Assembly: GCA_950072105.1 (NCBI GenBank)
Contig: CATMOE010000032.1
Coordinates: 1-41,117 of the forward strand
DNA from: an uncultured Dehalococcoidia bacterium
GTDB lineage: Bacteria; Chloroflexota; Dehalococcoidia; Lucifugimonadales; UBA3495
Direction of reading: 5' to 3'
DNA: 41,117 nucleotides
Below are positions 1 through 9,635 of this stretch, piece by piece. The notes below the pieces were generated by a model. That model saw only the letters and a list, made by a program, of their open reading frames with translations. It searched no databases and was not told where the DNA came from. Both the position numbers and the translations under genes were made by a program. Each line of letters begins with the position of its first letter. Positions within the stretch are counted from its first letter, which is position 1.

Positions 1-49
1 GCAACCTATCGGTTATGAGCCGACCGCTCTACCGCTGAGCTACGGGCCC
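1..49 (-). tRNA. tRNA with CAT anticodon (probably tRNA-Ile2, possibly Met), 3' part cut by the window edge
   Basis: Reverse complement GGGCCCGTAGCTCAGCGGTAGAGCGGTCGGCTCATAACCGATAGGTTGC has a canonical D-arm (TAGCTCAG..GGTAGAGC) and anticodon stem-loop GTCGG-CTCATAA-CCGAT. The GGGCCC start resembles Ile2 tRNAs. Confidence 0.88.
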
Positions 50-83
50 TCGTTTCAAGCTTATTCCCAGGGTTTGGGGGGTG

Positions 84-1439
84 TCAAGAAAGGCCGAGGT
101 GTTCCCGGTATTCCGGGTCCCAGGCGGCCATGAGGCCCAGCTCCACCATCCGCTCCTGGGGAATGCGCGGGACGGGGTTGCCGGCCAGGGGGATCTCGGC
201 GGTGATGGAGTCTTGGACCAGCCCTTGGTACACGTCGTCCTTCAGCCCCAGCAACTCCTTCAGCAGCCTCTCGTTGTCCTGTCCAAAGGTTGGCGCCGGG
301 CCCCGGATGCGGAGCGGAGTATTGGAGAACTTATAGGGGCGGCCCATGAAGATGCGAGAGCCCAACCCCCGCTCTTCCGGGTATTCGACCCGTTCCAGGA
401 ACCCCCGGCTCTTGTACTGGGGGTCGAAGTGGACGTCTTTGCCGGTCAACACCGGTCCTGCGGGGATACCCACTCCCTGTAGCTGGTGCATCATGTCGTA
501 CTTGTCGCGCTCGGCCGACCAAACCTCGATTACCTTGTCCAACTCATCGTGATTGCGTTGGCGGGATAGGAGATCGGCAAAGCGGGCGTCTTGGGCCAGA
601 TCTTCCCGTCCCAGCACTTTGCACAGCGACTGCCACTGCTCGTCGGTACCGACAGAGAGGGCGATCCACTCGTTGTCCCCTTGGGCCGGGTAGCAGCCCT
701 GGGGGGCGCGGTAGAGATGGCGGTTGCCGATGCGTTCTCCATCTCTGCCGTTGGAGATGGCGTCCATGAGGTAGTCTGACATGAACATGACCCCGGCTTG
801 GTACATGGCGATGTCCGCCCACTGGCCCTGGCCGGTACGGGACCGGTAGCGCAACGCCGAGCCGATGGCGAACAAAGCGGTCCAGGTGGACAGGAAGTCG
901 ACGAAGGACGCGCCTACCCTGTTGGGGCCGTCTCCGTCATAACCGGTGATCCAGCAATGGCCGTGCATGCCCTCGAGAGTAGTGGCCTGGGCGGGATTGT
1001 TGGAATAGGGACCGCCGCCGTGTCCGAAGCCGGTGTTGGATATCATGATGATGTCGGGCTTGATCTTGCGCAGGTTGGGGTAGTCCAACTCCCAGGCCCG
1101 CATCACCCGGGGAGTAAAGTTCTCCATCACCACATCGCTAACCCGCACCATATGCCGGAACAGGTCCCGGCCCCGAGGGTCGGTCATGTCCAGGGTCAGG
1201 GACTGCTTGCCCCGGTGGAGCAGGTTGTAGGTCGACGGACGGTTCCAAGGGTCATCGCCCAGGTCATGCTCCGGGTAACTGCCCGCCAAGCCGGAGTTGC
1301 GTGTCGTGTCGGGATGCGCCGGGCCTTCAATCTTGATGACCTCGGCCCCGAAGTCCGACAGCAATGCCCCGGTGTAGGGCAGAGCGAATACGTAAGTCGA
1401 GTCCAGGACTCGGATACCTTCCAATGGCAACTGGGGCAT
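84..1439 (-). CDS. class III CoA-transferase (CaiB/BaiF family)
   Basis: PLEGIRVLD..., DFGAEVIKIE, GKQSLTLD, DVVMENFTP and C-terminal PAPTFGQDN motifs. Confidence 0.93.
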   Translation of the reverse strand: MPQLPLEGIRVLDSTYVFALPYTGALLSDFGAEVIKIEGPAHPDTTRNSGLAGSYPEHDLGDDPWNRPSTYNLLHRGKQSLTLDMTDPRGRDLFRHMVRVSDVVMENFTPRVMRAWELDYPNLRKIKPDIIMISNTGFGHGGGPYSNNPAQATTLEGMHGHCWITGYDGDGPNRVGASFVDFLSTWTALFAIGSALRYRSRTGQGQWADIAMYQAGVMFMSDYLMDAISNGRDGERIGNRHLYRAPQGCYPAQGDNEWIALSVGTDEQWQSLCKVLGREDLAQDARFADLLSRQRNHDELDKVIEVWSAERDKYDMMHQLQGVGIPAGPVLTGKDVHFDPQYKSRGFLERVEYPEERGLGSRIFMGRPYKFSNTPLRIRGPAPTFGQDNERLLKELLGLKDDVYQGLVQDSITAEIPLAGNPVPRIPQERMVELGLMAAWDPEYREHLGLS

Positions 1440-1478
1440 TTGGCGCTACCTCACCGGATCAGCATAATGGGCGCGAAA

Positions 1479-2672
1479 TTAAATAGCGTTCAACTGACGC
1501 AGGCGGCAGAAATCCTCCTGGGAGTAGCCCAGGCCGTCGACGTATATCTCCTGGTTGTGCTGCCCCAGGGTTGGAGCCGGATGGCGGAGTTCGTAAGGGC
1601 ACAGCGAGAAGTTAAAAAGAACCGCAGGTATTTTTATCTTGCCGATAACCGGGTGCTCCACCTCACGGAAAAACTCCCGTGACTCTAGTTGGGGACACTC
1701 GACTATCTCCCTGGGGGTCTGGACCAGGCCAAACAGTATTCGAGCCTTGGCCGCGTTGGCGAACAGGTCCCATTTGTTCAGGCGGCTAAGGGCATCGACC
1801 ATGATCTTGTCCATCTCTTCGCCGTTCTCCGCTCTCTCGTCGGTGTTGGAGAATCGGGAATCCAACAACTTGGGCTCCTGGAAAAGACCGACGATGTCAT
1901 CCCACGACGCCGCACCTCCGGTCTGCACGATGACCCATCCGTCGGCGCAGGGCATGGGGTAGGTGAAGTCTTGGCCGGTGGCGCGGCGGCGGTGCTGGGT
2001 GCCGCCCATAAAAGGATACATGGTCTGGGTGGCCATCATCGTGGAGGCGACGCAGTCGTTGATGGCAACGTCGATGTGCTGGCCCCCGCAGCCGTTCTCC
2101 ATGCCGAACAGGCAGATGGCGGTAGATGCCGCCCCGTTGAGGCCACCTTCGTATTGCGACTGGAACCCTCCATGCTTCAGGGGCGCCCGGCCCTGGGACC
2201 CGCTGATGCTCATGATCATCCCCATGGCGTAGCTGACGATCTCCTCACCCAGGTATTGGCTGTAGGGCCCTTCCTGGCCAAAGGGCGTGATGGATGTCAT
2301 CACCAGGGACGGATTGAGCTCTTGAAGAGCATCGTATCCCAGTCCCAACGATTCGATATGTCCGGGATGGAAGGTTTCGACCACGACATCGACTCGCTGG
2401 ACCAACTCTTTCAAAAGGGCCTGACCGGTGGTGGTTTCCAGGTTGATGGTGGCGCCCTTCTTGTTCAGGTTAAGCACCAGGTTGAAGAGGCTCTTTTCGG
2501 GGTGCGGGTCGTCCTGGTGGAAAGGGCCCATGCGCCGCAAAGCGGCCCCGCCCGGAGGCTCCAGCTTCAGAACGTCGGCCCCATAGTCGGCCAGCAAGCG
2601 GGCACAAAAAGAACCGGCGATGTCCTCGCTCAGGTCCAAGACCTTCACGCCACCCAACACCCCCGGCGGCAT
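1479..2672 (-). CDS. class III CoA-transferase (CaiB/BaiF family)
   Basis: LGGVKVLDL, ADYGADVLKLEPPGG, NLNKKGATINL, APTLGQHN. Start taken at ATG 2672; the ORF is open to 2729. Confidence 0.92.
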   Translation of the reverse strand: MPPGVLGGVKVLDLSEDIAGSFCARLLADYGADVLKLEPPGGAALRRMGPFHQDDPHPEKSLFNLVLNLNKKGATINLETTTGQALLKELVQRVDVVVETFHPGHIESLGLGYDALQELNPSLVMTSITPFGQEGPYSQYLGEEIVSYAMGMIMSISGSQGRAPLKHGGFQSQYEGGLNGAASTAICLFGMENGCGGQHIDVAINDCVASTMMATQTMYPFMGGTQHRRRATGQDFTYPMPCADGWVIVQTGGAASWDDIVGLFQEPKLLDSRFSNTDERAENGEEMDKIMVDALSRLNKWDLFANAAKARILFGLVQTPREIVECPQLESREFFREVEHPVIGKIKIPAVLFNFSLCPYELRHPAPTLGQHNQEIYVDGLGYSQEDFCRLRQLNAI

Positions 2673-2876
2673 CCCAGCCAATCCTTGCCCATTAACAGTC
2701 ACTGCAGGTACGGTCCTCTCTAGCGCCAAACCAGCGGGGCGTGCCCTATTTGGCGGGGTTCTTGAGCGTAAAGGATTGTATCCGAAGGGGGCGGGTAAGG
2801 CAAATGGGGAGGGGGCTTAGAAACTCGGGCGGTGGGGTGAAATGGCTGGTTTGATTGCGTTTTGTTAATTCCATTA

Positions 2877-2930
2877 CACTGGGTATACCCAGTGATTCTC
2901 AGGATGTGCCGATCAACACATCCTGAGAAT
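2877..2930. repeat. two abutting perfect inverted repeats
   Basis: CACTGGGTA/TACCCAGTG (2877-2894) directly followed by ATTCTCAGGATGTG-N8-CACATCCTGAGAAT (2895-2930). Confidence 0.8.
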
Positions 2931-2989
2931 TAAGGCCCCAGGTAATTAACATCCAAGGTGGTGATTGAACGTGCCCGGTGTTGCGGAGA

Positions 2990-3586
2990 TTAAGGGTGGC
3001 GGCCCGAGTACGCGATTAATTTGTCCTGCATGGTGGCGTCTTCTGGAACGCTGACCAGAGGCCCGATGAACCCAGAGGTTCGTCCTTGGTCTAAAGCATC
3101 AGGTACGAACATTTGGTAGCTAACTTCGACCGCTTGGGGGTCCAGTTTGGTGTCCTGTCCCGTCGCCTTGGCCAGGTCCCAGCAATGAATTATGTTGTCC
3201 ATGCAACAGCCACCTAAGAACATACCTCCAGGCATTTCGCCGATGGGAGTGACGACCTTCCCCTCCAAGGCCCCAGGGCTTTTAGCCGCCGAAAGGGCCT
3301 TGGAGGCGAGTTCTTTGTAGATTTTGGCAAGCTTCGTCAGGTCGCTCTCCCCAGAATAGGAGCTGGCACTGGCGCCAAAAGGGATGTTGGGCGGATTGCC
3401 GGAGAGACACCCGGCCGCGATCTCCGCTCCTCCGACAAGGTGATCGATTAATGCGCTTACGTCCCACTCTGAGCACGGCGTAGGGCTTTTTGCTTGGTCC
3501 TGTTTTATCCCGGACAGGATACGGTGGACGTGTTCGGTGGTTCCCTCGTAAAGCTCCACTAAGTTTGGCATCTGCTGTTGTGACAT
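2990..3586 (-). CDS. TIGR03086-family metal-binding protein (DinB/maleylpyruvate isomerase N-terminal-like)
   Basis: PTPCSEWDVSALIDHL and IHCWDLAKATGQ motifs, ends LIAYSGRHP; AGGAGG RBS. Confidence 0.88.
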   Translation of the reverse strand: MSQQQMPNLVELYEGTTEHVHRILSGIKQDQAKSPTPCSEWDVSALIDHLVGGAEIAAGCLSGNPPNIPFGASASSYSGESDLTKLAKIYKELASKALSAAKSPGALEGKVVTPIGEMPGGMFLGGCCMDNIIHCWDLAKATGQDTKLDPQAVEVSYQMFVPDALDQGRTSGFIGPLVSVPEDATMQDKLIAYSGRHP

Positions 3587-3642
3587 CGCGGCTTCCTCCT
3601 GTTTCCCTCAAATCTTCCAGCCGATCGCTGGTTATACAAATC

Positions 3643-3671
3643 AGACGAAAGGTGACAGGAAAAATCGACAT
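3643..3671 (-). promoter_or_regulatory. putative ECF42-dependent promoter for the TIGR03086 gene
   Basis: TGTCGA-N17-CGTC on the minus strand; 25/29 identical to 5503-5531. Confidence 0.7.
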
Positions 3672-3757
3672 ATTTTTGCTGCATTGGCCGTAGTCTTGGT
3701 GTTCCGGGAAAGCTTGCTAGCCTAACTATGCCTCTCGAGGCCCGGTGGTACGCCCTA

Positions 3758-5044
3758 CTACTCTCCTGGGGAGGGGCTCCCTTGGGCTGTCTCAGCGAGC
3801 CTTCGCTCCAGAAAGGTACGCTCTACGTCGTTTTCGCAAAGCGCCAGCGCTTTCTGGTACGCGGCTTCTGCCTCATCAAAGCAGCCCAGCCTGCGCGGTA
3901 AATCTGCCCGCGCCGAGTAAAGCCACCTGTAATTATCAAGGAGCCCGGAACTTTCAATCCGATCAATAACCGCCAGGCCTTCCTCCGGACCAAAAGCCAT
4001 GGCAATCGCGACCGCCCGGTTTAACTCGACCACGGGAGAGGGATTCATTTCAAGCAGAAGATCGTAAAGCTCTACGATCTGACGCCAGTCGGTCCCGTAT
4101 GGAGTCTTAGCTTCTGCGTGTATGGCCGCGATGGCCGCTTGCAGTTGGTATGGCCCGGGATTGCTCGCCCGCAACGTCCGTTGGATGAGTGCGGTGCCTT
4201 CCTTTATCTCTTGGTCATCCCATAGAGACCGGTCCTGGTCTTCCAAAAGCACGAACTCGCCGCCAGATGAGACGCGGGCATCCCGCCGCGAATCCTGAAG
4301 CAGCATCAGCGCCAACAACCCCGAAACCTCCGGCTCATCCGGCATCAACTCGCTGAGAGCGCGTCCAAGACGCACGGCTTCAGAACACAGGTCGGTGCGC
4401 ACCAAAGAGCCGCCCGCAGTGGCCGAATAACCCTCATTGAATACCAGGTACACGACGGCTAAAACACCCTCTATCCGCTCCGACAATAGGTGGTCTGGAG
4501 GAACCTGGTAGGGTATGCCGGCATCACGAATCTTGCGCTTGGCCCTTACTAGTCTCTGGGCCAGGGTGGTTTCAGGAATAAGAAATGCCTTGGCTATCTC
4601 AGGGGCCGCCAGGCCCCCAAGGGTTCGCAGGGTCAGGGCCACTCGCGCTTCCATGTTCAGCGCAGGGTGACAACAGGTGAAGATCAAGCGAAGCCGGTCA
4701 TCCTGGAGAGCGCCGTTGGAGGCATCGTCCAGCATCTCCGTCACACCCTCGTCAAACTCGCCGAAATCCGTGAGCAATGCATATTTCTCACCTCGGACCC
4801 GCTCACGGCGGACGCGGTCGATTGCCCGGCGCTTGGCAGTGGTGATGATCCAGGCTACTGGGCTGCTCGGCACTCCGTCGCGCGGCCATCTCGCTAACGC
4901 CACCGCAAACGCGTCTTGTATCGCTTCTTCGGCTAAGTCGAAGTCCCGGAACACACGGATCAGCGACGCCACGATGCGGCCGTACTCCGCTTGAAATACC
5001 GCTCCGGCCGTTTCACTTGCGCTAGGCGTATAGGAACTTGTCAT
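3758..5044 (-). CDS. ECF sigma factor, ECF42 type (DUF6596/TPR C-terminal extension)
   Basis: DLAEEAIQDAF, DDRLRLIFTCCHPAL, LAQRLVRAKRKI, YLVFNEGY, GPYQLQAAIAA; adjacent DGPF/YciI gene. Confidence 0.92.
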   Translation of the reverse strand: MTSSYTPSASETAGAVFQAEYGRIVASLIRVFRDFDLAEEAIQDAFAVALARWPRDGVPSSPVAWIITTAKRRAIDRVRRERVRGEKYALLTDFGEFDEGVTEMLDDASNGALQDDRLRLIFTCCHPALNMEARVALTLRTLGGLAAPEIAKAFLIPETTLAQRLVRAKRKIRDAGIPYQVPPDHLLSERIEGVLAVVYLVFNEGYSATAGGSLVRTDLCSEAVRLGRALSELMPDEPEVSGLLALMLLQDSRRDARVSSGGEFVLLEDQDRSLWDDQEIKEGTALIQRTLRASNPGPYQLQAAIAAIHAEAKTPYGTDWRQIVELYDLLLEMNPSPVVELNRAVAIAMAFGPEEGLAVIDRIESSGLLDNYRWLYSARADLPRRLGCFDEAEAAYQKALALCENDVERTFLERRLAETAQGSPSPGE

Positions 5045-5089
5045 CCCGTAACTCGGACCCGGCGGCCCGGGGCCGGCTCCCCTTTGACT

Positions 5090-5449
5090 CTAGTGGTCCG
5101 GGAATTCCATGACGGGGCGTACTTCCACCGCCCCACCCCCGGCCATGTGGGGCATCTTGGCAGCCCACTCGATGGCTTGGTCCAGATTTTCGGCCTCTAT
5201 CATGTAGAACCCCCCCAACTGCTCCTTCACCTCCGCATAGGGGCCGTCGGTGGTGATGGTCTTATCCCGCTGCACTCGGACGGTGGTGGCGGTGGCGGTC
5301 GGCTGAAGCGCTTCTCCGGCCAGCAACTTCCCCGATTTCTGCAGGTCGTCCGTGTACTTGTGTCAGGCATCCAAAACGGGGGCCATTTCTTCCGGAGACT
5401 TACCCTCCATGCCCTTTTCGTCAATCTGAATCAGTAGCACGTACCGCAT
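5090..5449 (-). pseudogene. YciI/DGPF-family protein with an in-frame TGA at codon 29
   Basis: AGGAGG RBS then MRYVLLIQIDEKGMEGKSPEEMAPVLDA*HKYTDDLQKSGKLLAGEAL...TDGPYAEVKEQLGGFY...VEVRPV. The stop is at 5363-5365. Confidence 0.82.
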
Positions 5450-5502
5450 AGCTTCCTCCTGATTTTTCCAGCCTTCCAGCCCATTATTGGGCCTACTAGA
5501 TA

Positions 5503-5531
5503 AGACGAACGGCAACAGGATAAATCGACAT
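5503..5531 (-). promoter_or_regulatory. putative ECF42-dependent (autoregulatory) promoter for the DGPF-ECF operon
   Basis: ATGTCGATTTATCCTGTTGCCGTTCGTCT, i.e. TGTCGA-N17-CGTC. Confidence 0.7.
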
Positions 5532-5709
5532 TGTGAACCGCTTTATGCTAAGCGAGTTTGTTGGCCCCGGTTACGGAATCACATGTCTCCTCCAAGCGGC
5601 GCGGCTCCTTCAGGGTCAAGCGGTTTGTTCGCCATCGGACGACGGATCAGGCCGGGCGAGAACTATTTACCCGGCTGCAAAACCTCGATCTCCTCACCCC
5701 ACCCGCAAA

Positions 5710-6639
5710 TCACGCCCCAAAACACCCCTCCAACGTCGCCGCAAACTCCGCTTGGGTGAAGGTGTAGGTTTGGGTGCCGGCGACTTGGACGGCGTAGTGG
5801 GCGGCGACGGTGCCCATCTCCACGCAGCGTTGGATGGGTTTGGCGTCTATCAGCCCTTTGATCAGGCCGCCCCGGAAGGCGTCGCCCGCGCCGGTGGGGT
5901 CTATGGCGTTGGGGGTGGGGACGACTGGCACTGTGACCGTGCCTTCTCGGGTGACGATATCGCAGCCGGCGTCCCCCTTGGTGGTGACGATGGTGTCCAC
6001 CATGCCCAATAGCTGCGCCACGTCCAGGCCGGTGGTGTTGGTAATCATGCCGAACTCGTAATCGTTGGAGACCAGCATCTTGCATCGGCCGATGGCCTGG
6101 GTCAGATCGGGGCCGTTCCAGGCGGGGAGAGACTGTCCGGGGTCGAATATGGCGTATATCCCCGCTTCCTGGTAGCGGCGGGGGTAGTCAACCATATCCT
6201 GGAGGTTGCCTGGGCCGACGATGGCGATGGTGTCCGCGGGGGTCACGCTGGTGAGGTCAATATCGGAGGTGTGCATCATCGCGCCGGGGTTGAACGCCGT
6301 GAACTGGTTGCCGTCTTGGTCGGTGGTGATGTAGGCGGAGGCGGTCCATTCTTCGGACAGGACGCGGATGTCCTGTGTCGAGATTCCGTGTTGGCCCAGC
6401 CAATCGAAATAGCTTTGGTGGTCTTTCCCCACGCAGGCCAGGATGCGGGGCTTCTCGCCCAACGACGATAGGGCATAAGCGATGTTGCCGGCGGTGCCTC
6501 CCAGGTTCTCGGTCAGGCCGTTGACCATCAGGCTGACGTTGATGTTGTCCAGGCGGTCCGCCGCGAAATGATCGACAAAACGGCCGGAGAAATCCATTAT
6601 GCGGTCGAATGCCATCGACCCGGAAACTAAGATATCCAT
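5710..6639 (-). CDS. PfkB-family carbohydrate/nucleoside kinase (adenosine kinase-like)
   Basis: GSMAFDRIM, GGTAGNIAY, DPTGAGDAFRGG. Start taken at MDILVSGS. Confidence 0.9.
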   Translation of the reverse strand: MDILVSGSMAFDRIMDFSGRFVDHFAADRLDNINVSLMVNGLTENLGGTAGNIAYALSSLGEKPRILACVGKDHQSYFDWLGQHGISTQDIRVLSEEWTASAYITTDQDGNQFTAFNPGAMMHTSDIDLTSVTPADTIAIVGPGNLQDMVDYPRRYQEAGIYAIFDPGQSLPAWNGPDLTQAIGRCKMLVSNDYEFGMITNTTGLDVAQLLGMVDTIVTTKGDAGCDIVTREGTVTVPVVPTPNAIDPTGAGDAFRGGLIKGLIDAKPIQRCVEMGTVAAHYAVQVAGTQTYTFTQAEFAATLEGCFGA

Positions 6640-6762
6640 CCTCACCGATCCTTGGGCAAATTTTTGGGGCGAGCCCACCGCCATTGCTAGGCGGCGACTC
6701 TCCCCTTTTTAACGGCTAATCTTCTCTAACGGGCGGGGCGGGAGAGTGCAACGGCGGCGGTC

Positions 6763-7332
6763 TCAGCAGCCGAAGCGGCCGGTGAGGGTTCCGCCAAAGG
6801 TTACCGGGTCGCCGGTTTTCAGGCCGGACGCGGCGGCTAGGCCCGCGTTGATCTCCAGATTGTAGGTTGCCGGGGCCGACGGGGAGTATGTAGGCAGGAC
6901 GCTGTCAGCCGAATCCGGTGGAGGTTGGGGAACGTCGGTGGTGATATCCGCCACGGTGCATGAGGCGCTGATCCAGACCATGTCCAATGGGAAGCGCATG
7001 TCTTTCATCCAAAAGGTATGCTTTCGCTCCTCCGAGAAGATGAACAGCAGGCCCGTTCCCTCTTCTAGGACGGGGCGTCCGGACAATCCCTGGAAGCGCT
7101 TTTCCGGGGTGTCTGCCACATCCACGGTGAAGGATACGCCGCCGATGGTGACGGTGGGTTCCGGCGGGATAACTTTAGACACGGGAGTGGCGGTGGGCGC
7201 ACTCGTAGGCGTCGCCGTGGCTGTGGGAGGTTGGCTTTGGGGGACATCCCCACCGCAAGATGTCATAACGACAGACACGAGGCCGATCGCCGTGCAGATC
7301 AACCGGATATGTAAAGCACGCTGAATCTGCAT
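6763..7332 (-). CDS. DUF192-domain probable lipoprotein
   Basis: Signal peptide ending in TSC, P/T-rich linker, VADTPEKR.QGLS, FWMKDMRFPLDMVWI, LEINAG. Confidence 0.85.
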   Translation of the reverse strand: MQIQRALHIRLICTAIGLVSVVMTSCGGDVPQSQPPTATATPTSAPTATPVSKVIPPEPTVTIGGVSFTVDVADTPEKRFQGLSGRPVLEEGTGLLFIFSEERKHTFWMKDMRFPLDMVWISASCTVADITTDVPQPPPDSADSVLPTYSPSAPATYNLEINAGLAAASGLKTGDPVTFGGTLTGRFGC

Positions 7333-7345
7333 CCGTCCCGGCCCG

Positions 7346-8137
7346 TTAGGAGCGGCCGACGGCTTTGTGGATGTTATGTACCCGCTCTCGCATCGACCGG
7401 AGCAACACTGCGGCAGGAGATGGGGCTACATGGGAATAACCTACGCCCAGGTCCAGCAACTCCAGGGCAGTCAACGGCATGGATGCGTGGTCCATCGTAA
7501 CGGCCAGCTTGGCCTTGCCGATCTTGCGGACCTGGTCGGCCAATTCCTTTAAGCGGACTTTCAGCCGGGGGTCGCTGGGGTCGCGGATGCCCATGTATTC
7601 GGAGAAGTCGTTGGGACCGACGGCTACCAGGTCGATACCGTCAAGAGCGGCAATCTTTTCGATGTCGTCGATGCCCCTCGCGTCCTCCACCATCACCGAC
7701 AGAAGAACCTCCCGGTTGGACTGCTCGCAATGCTCATCCCACGAAACGGTGCCGAACCGGGCGGCCCGGGTGCCTCCGGCGGCGCCACGGTGACCCAAGG
7801 GCGGGTAGCGCACTGCTTCCACGGCCCGTCTAGCCCCCTCTACGCCTTCAACGTGGGGAATAATAATTCCCTGCGTTCCCAGGTCCAACAGTCGCAGGAT
7901 AAGACTAGGGTCGTTGCCCGGAACCCGGACGATCGGCGTGATGCCCACCAACTCGGCGGAAAGCACCATCCGCTCCACCATCGATAGGTCGAAGGTTGTA
8001 TGTTCCATGTCGATGAAGGCGGCGTCGAAACCAGCCAGTCCGATGATCTCCACGACCTGAGGGTCAGACAGGGTCACGTAGGTGCCGATAGCCAGATCGC
8101 CTGCCCGCATCACTTTCTTAACCCGGTTCTCAATCAC
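7346..8137 (-). CDS. HpcH/HpaI aldolase family protein
   Basis: GFDAAFIDMEH, RLLDLGTQGIIIPHV, RYPPLGHRG, VGPND. Confidence 0.9.
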   Translation of the reverse strand: MIENRVKKVMRAGDLAIGTYVTLSDPQVVEIIGLAGFDAAFIDMEHTTFDLSMVERMVLSAELVGITPIVRVPGNDPSLILRLLDLGTQGIIIPHVEGVEGARRAVEAVRYPPLGHRGAAGGTRAARFGTVSWDEHCEQSNREVLLSVMVEDARGIDDIEKIAALDGIDLVAVGPNDFSEYMGIRDPSDPRLKVRLKELADQVRKIGKAKLAVTMDHASMPLTALELLDLGVGYSHVAPSPAAVLLRSMRERVHNIHKAVGRS

Positions 8138-8346
8138 GACGGACCTCCAGTTTGATAAGCGAAATAGACGATGAAAACGTACTTTACATGCCCCTAAGGG
8201 CGGTCCGCGCCAATGTTAACCCAGGCGTGGGGAAATCACAAGAATAGGCGGTCTAGCGTGCGATCCGGCGCCGGCTTCAGCCTGTATTGACTAGGGTAAC
8301 GGCGGTAGGTTAGTCTGAACGCAAGTCCGACCTAGAGGATGAGAAG

Positions 8347-8898
8347 ATGACTCAAGAAACCCAATCTGCAATAACTCCCGAAGTAAAGGCCATGATCGGC
8401 GTGACCGGCGATGTCGTCGAGTCCTGGGGAGTCGTTGACGCGGAGTACCTCCGCCGCTTCACCCAGGCCGTCATGGACCCTGACCCCAGGTACTGGGACG
8501 AGGAGTTCGCCAAGTCTACCCCGTACGGCGAAATCATCACGCCGCCAATCATGGTCAGCTACATGGCCAGCCGCAATCCTCCTAACTCTGAGGATCCCAT
8601 CACCAGGGCGTTTGAAGAGGACCCGATGTCCGACGGGATCGGAAGGGTTGAACGACTCGGCTCCCTACCCCGAGTGCCCACCGATCTGGTTCGGGTGCTG
8701 AATGCGGGGAACGAGTTGGAGATCTACAAATACCCTTCCATCGGCGACAAGATCTTCTTTCAGAACAAGTACTCGGACATCAGGGAGCGGGTGGGCCGGG
8801 ATGGCAAGCCCTTCTTGATTGTTACCACGGAGACCACCTACAAAAATCAGAAAGAAGAGGTGCTGTGCATCACCCGGGCCTCTTCTATCCGCCGGTAG
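8347..8898 (+). CDS. MaoC-like (hot-dog fold) dehydratase, FAS1-like N-terminal type
   Basis: RRFTQAVMDPDPRYWDEEFAK..PYGEIITPP, LNAGNELE; GAGG RBS; TTGACT..TAGTCT promoter-like sequence at about 8287-8317. Confidence 0.82.
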   Translation: MTQETQSAITPEVKAMIGVTGDVVESWGVVDAEYLRRFTQAVMDPDPRYWDEEFAKSTPYGEIITPPIMVSYMASRNPPNSEDPITRAFEEDPMSDGIGRVERLGSLPRVPTDLVRVLNAGNELEIYKYPSIGDKIFFQNKYSDIRERVGRDGKPFLIVTTETTYKNQKEEVLCITRASSIRR

Positions 8899-8935
8899 CC
8901 GGCACTCACGTTTCTCACGCAGATAGGAGGCAACC

Positions 8936-9496
8936 ATGACCGTTGCGCTGGAAGACCTGCTCAAGATGCCCGGCGACGAGATCTGGGCCCACAATGAAAG
9001 GCTGACCGCCGAGCAGCTACGGAATAAGGAACAGACTTACTACGATGACATTGAAGAAGGCATGGAGTTACCCAAGTATATCTACAAGCCAACTCCTACA
9101 CACCTGTTCCGTTGGAGCGCGGCCATCGAGAATTTCCACCGTATCCACTACGATCTGGACTTTGGACTGAATCACGACAAAAACCCCAGCATCCTGGTCC
9201 ACGGTTCTTGGAAGCAGAGCGTGGTGCCCCAATACCTGAAGGACTGGACCCTGCCCAAAGGCTGGCCCTGGAAGGCTAGATTCGAGCACCGGGCGATGTT
9301 GGTGCCCGGCGACGTGCTGATAATGTGGGGCAAGGTCACCAACAAGTATGAAAAGGGCGGCATGGGATTCATCGATCTCGACATAGGAATGATGACCCAG
9401 GATAGCGTGGAAAGCATGCCGGGTAGCGCCACCGTCGTTCTGCCCATCAGAGGTGGCGCGGATATTCCCTATCCCTTCGTGCCTCCGGCTGATTAG
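8936..9496 (+). CDS. MaoC-like acyl dehydratase
   Basis: WSAAIENFHRIHYD, ILVHG motif; GGAGG RBS; paired with the upstream hot-dog gene. Confidence 0.82.
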   Translation: MTVALEDLLKMPGDEIWAHNERLTAEQLRNKEQTYYDDIEEGMELPKYIYKPTPTHLFRWSAAIENFHRIHYDLDFGLNHDKNPSILVHGSWKQSVVPQYLKDWTLPKGWPWKARFEHRAMLVPGDVLIMWGKVTNKYEKGGMGFIDLDIGMMTQDSVESMPGSATVVLPIRGGADIPYPFVPPAD

Positions 9497-9501
9497 ACGC
9501 G

Positions 9502-9580
9502 CCCCCATCCTAACCTTCCCCCGTAAAGGGGGAAGGGACTTATCTCCTCCCCCCTTGCGGGGGAGGAGATAAGTGGGGGG
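9502..9580. repeat. REP-like palindromic element (CTTCCCCC..GGGGGAAG type)
   Basis: Two hairpins, CCTTCCCCC-GTAAA-GGGGGAAGG and TATCTCCTCCCCC..GGGGGAGGAGATA; related copy at 19701-19808. Confidence 0.75.
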
Positions 9581-9635
9581 TCCCGCTCACCACACCAAAA
9601 CCGAGTTGACACAGTACTAGAGGTGAACAAACAAT

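Noticed and set aside
1..49. tRNA-anchored genomic island
   Set aside because: The tRNA 3' end points out of the window; no integrase or att duplication is seen.
798..2723. Long plus-strand ORFs (294 and 344 aa) and similar antisense ORFs elsewhere
   Set aside because: Shadow frames of well-supported genes in GC-rich DNA, with no recognisable motifs.
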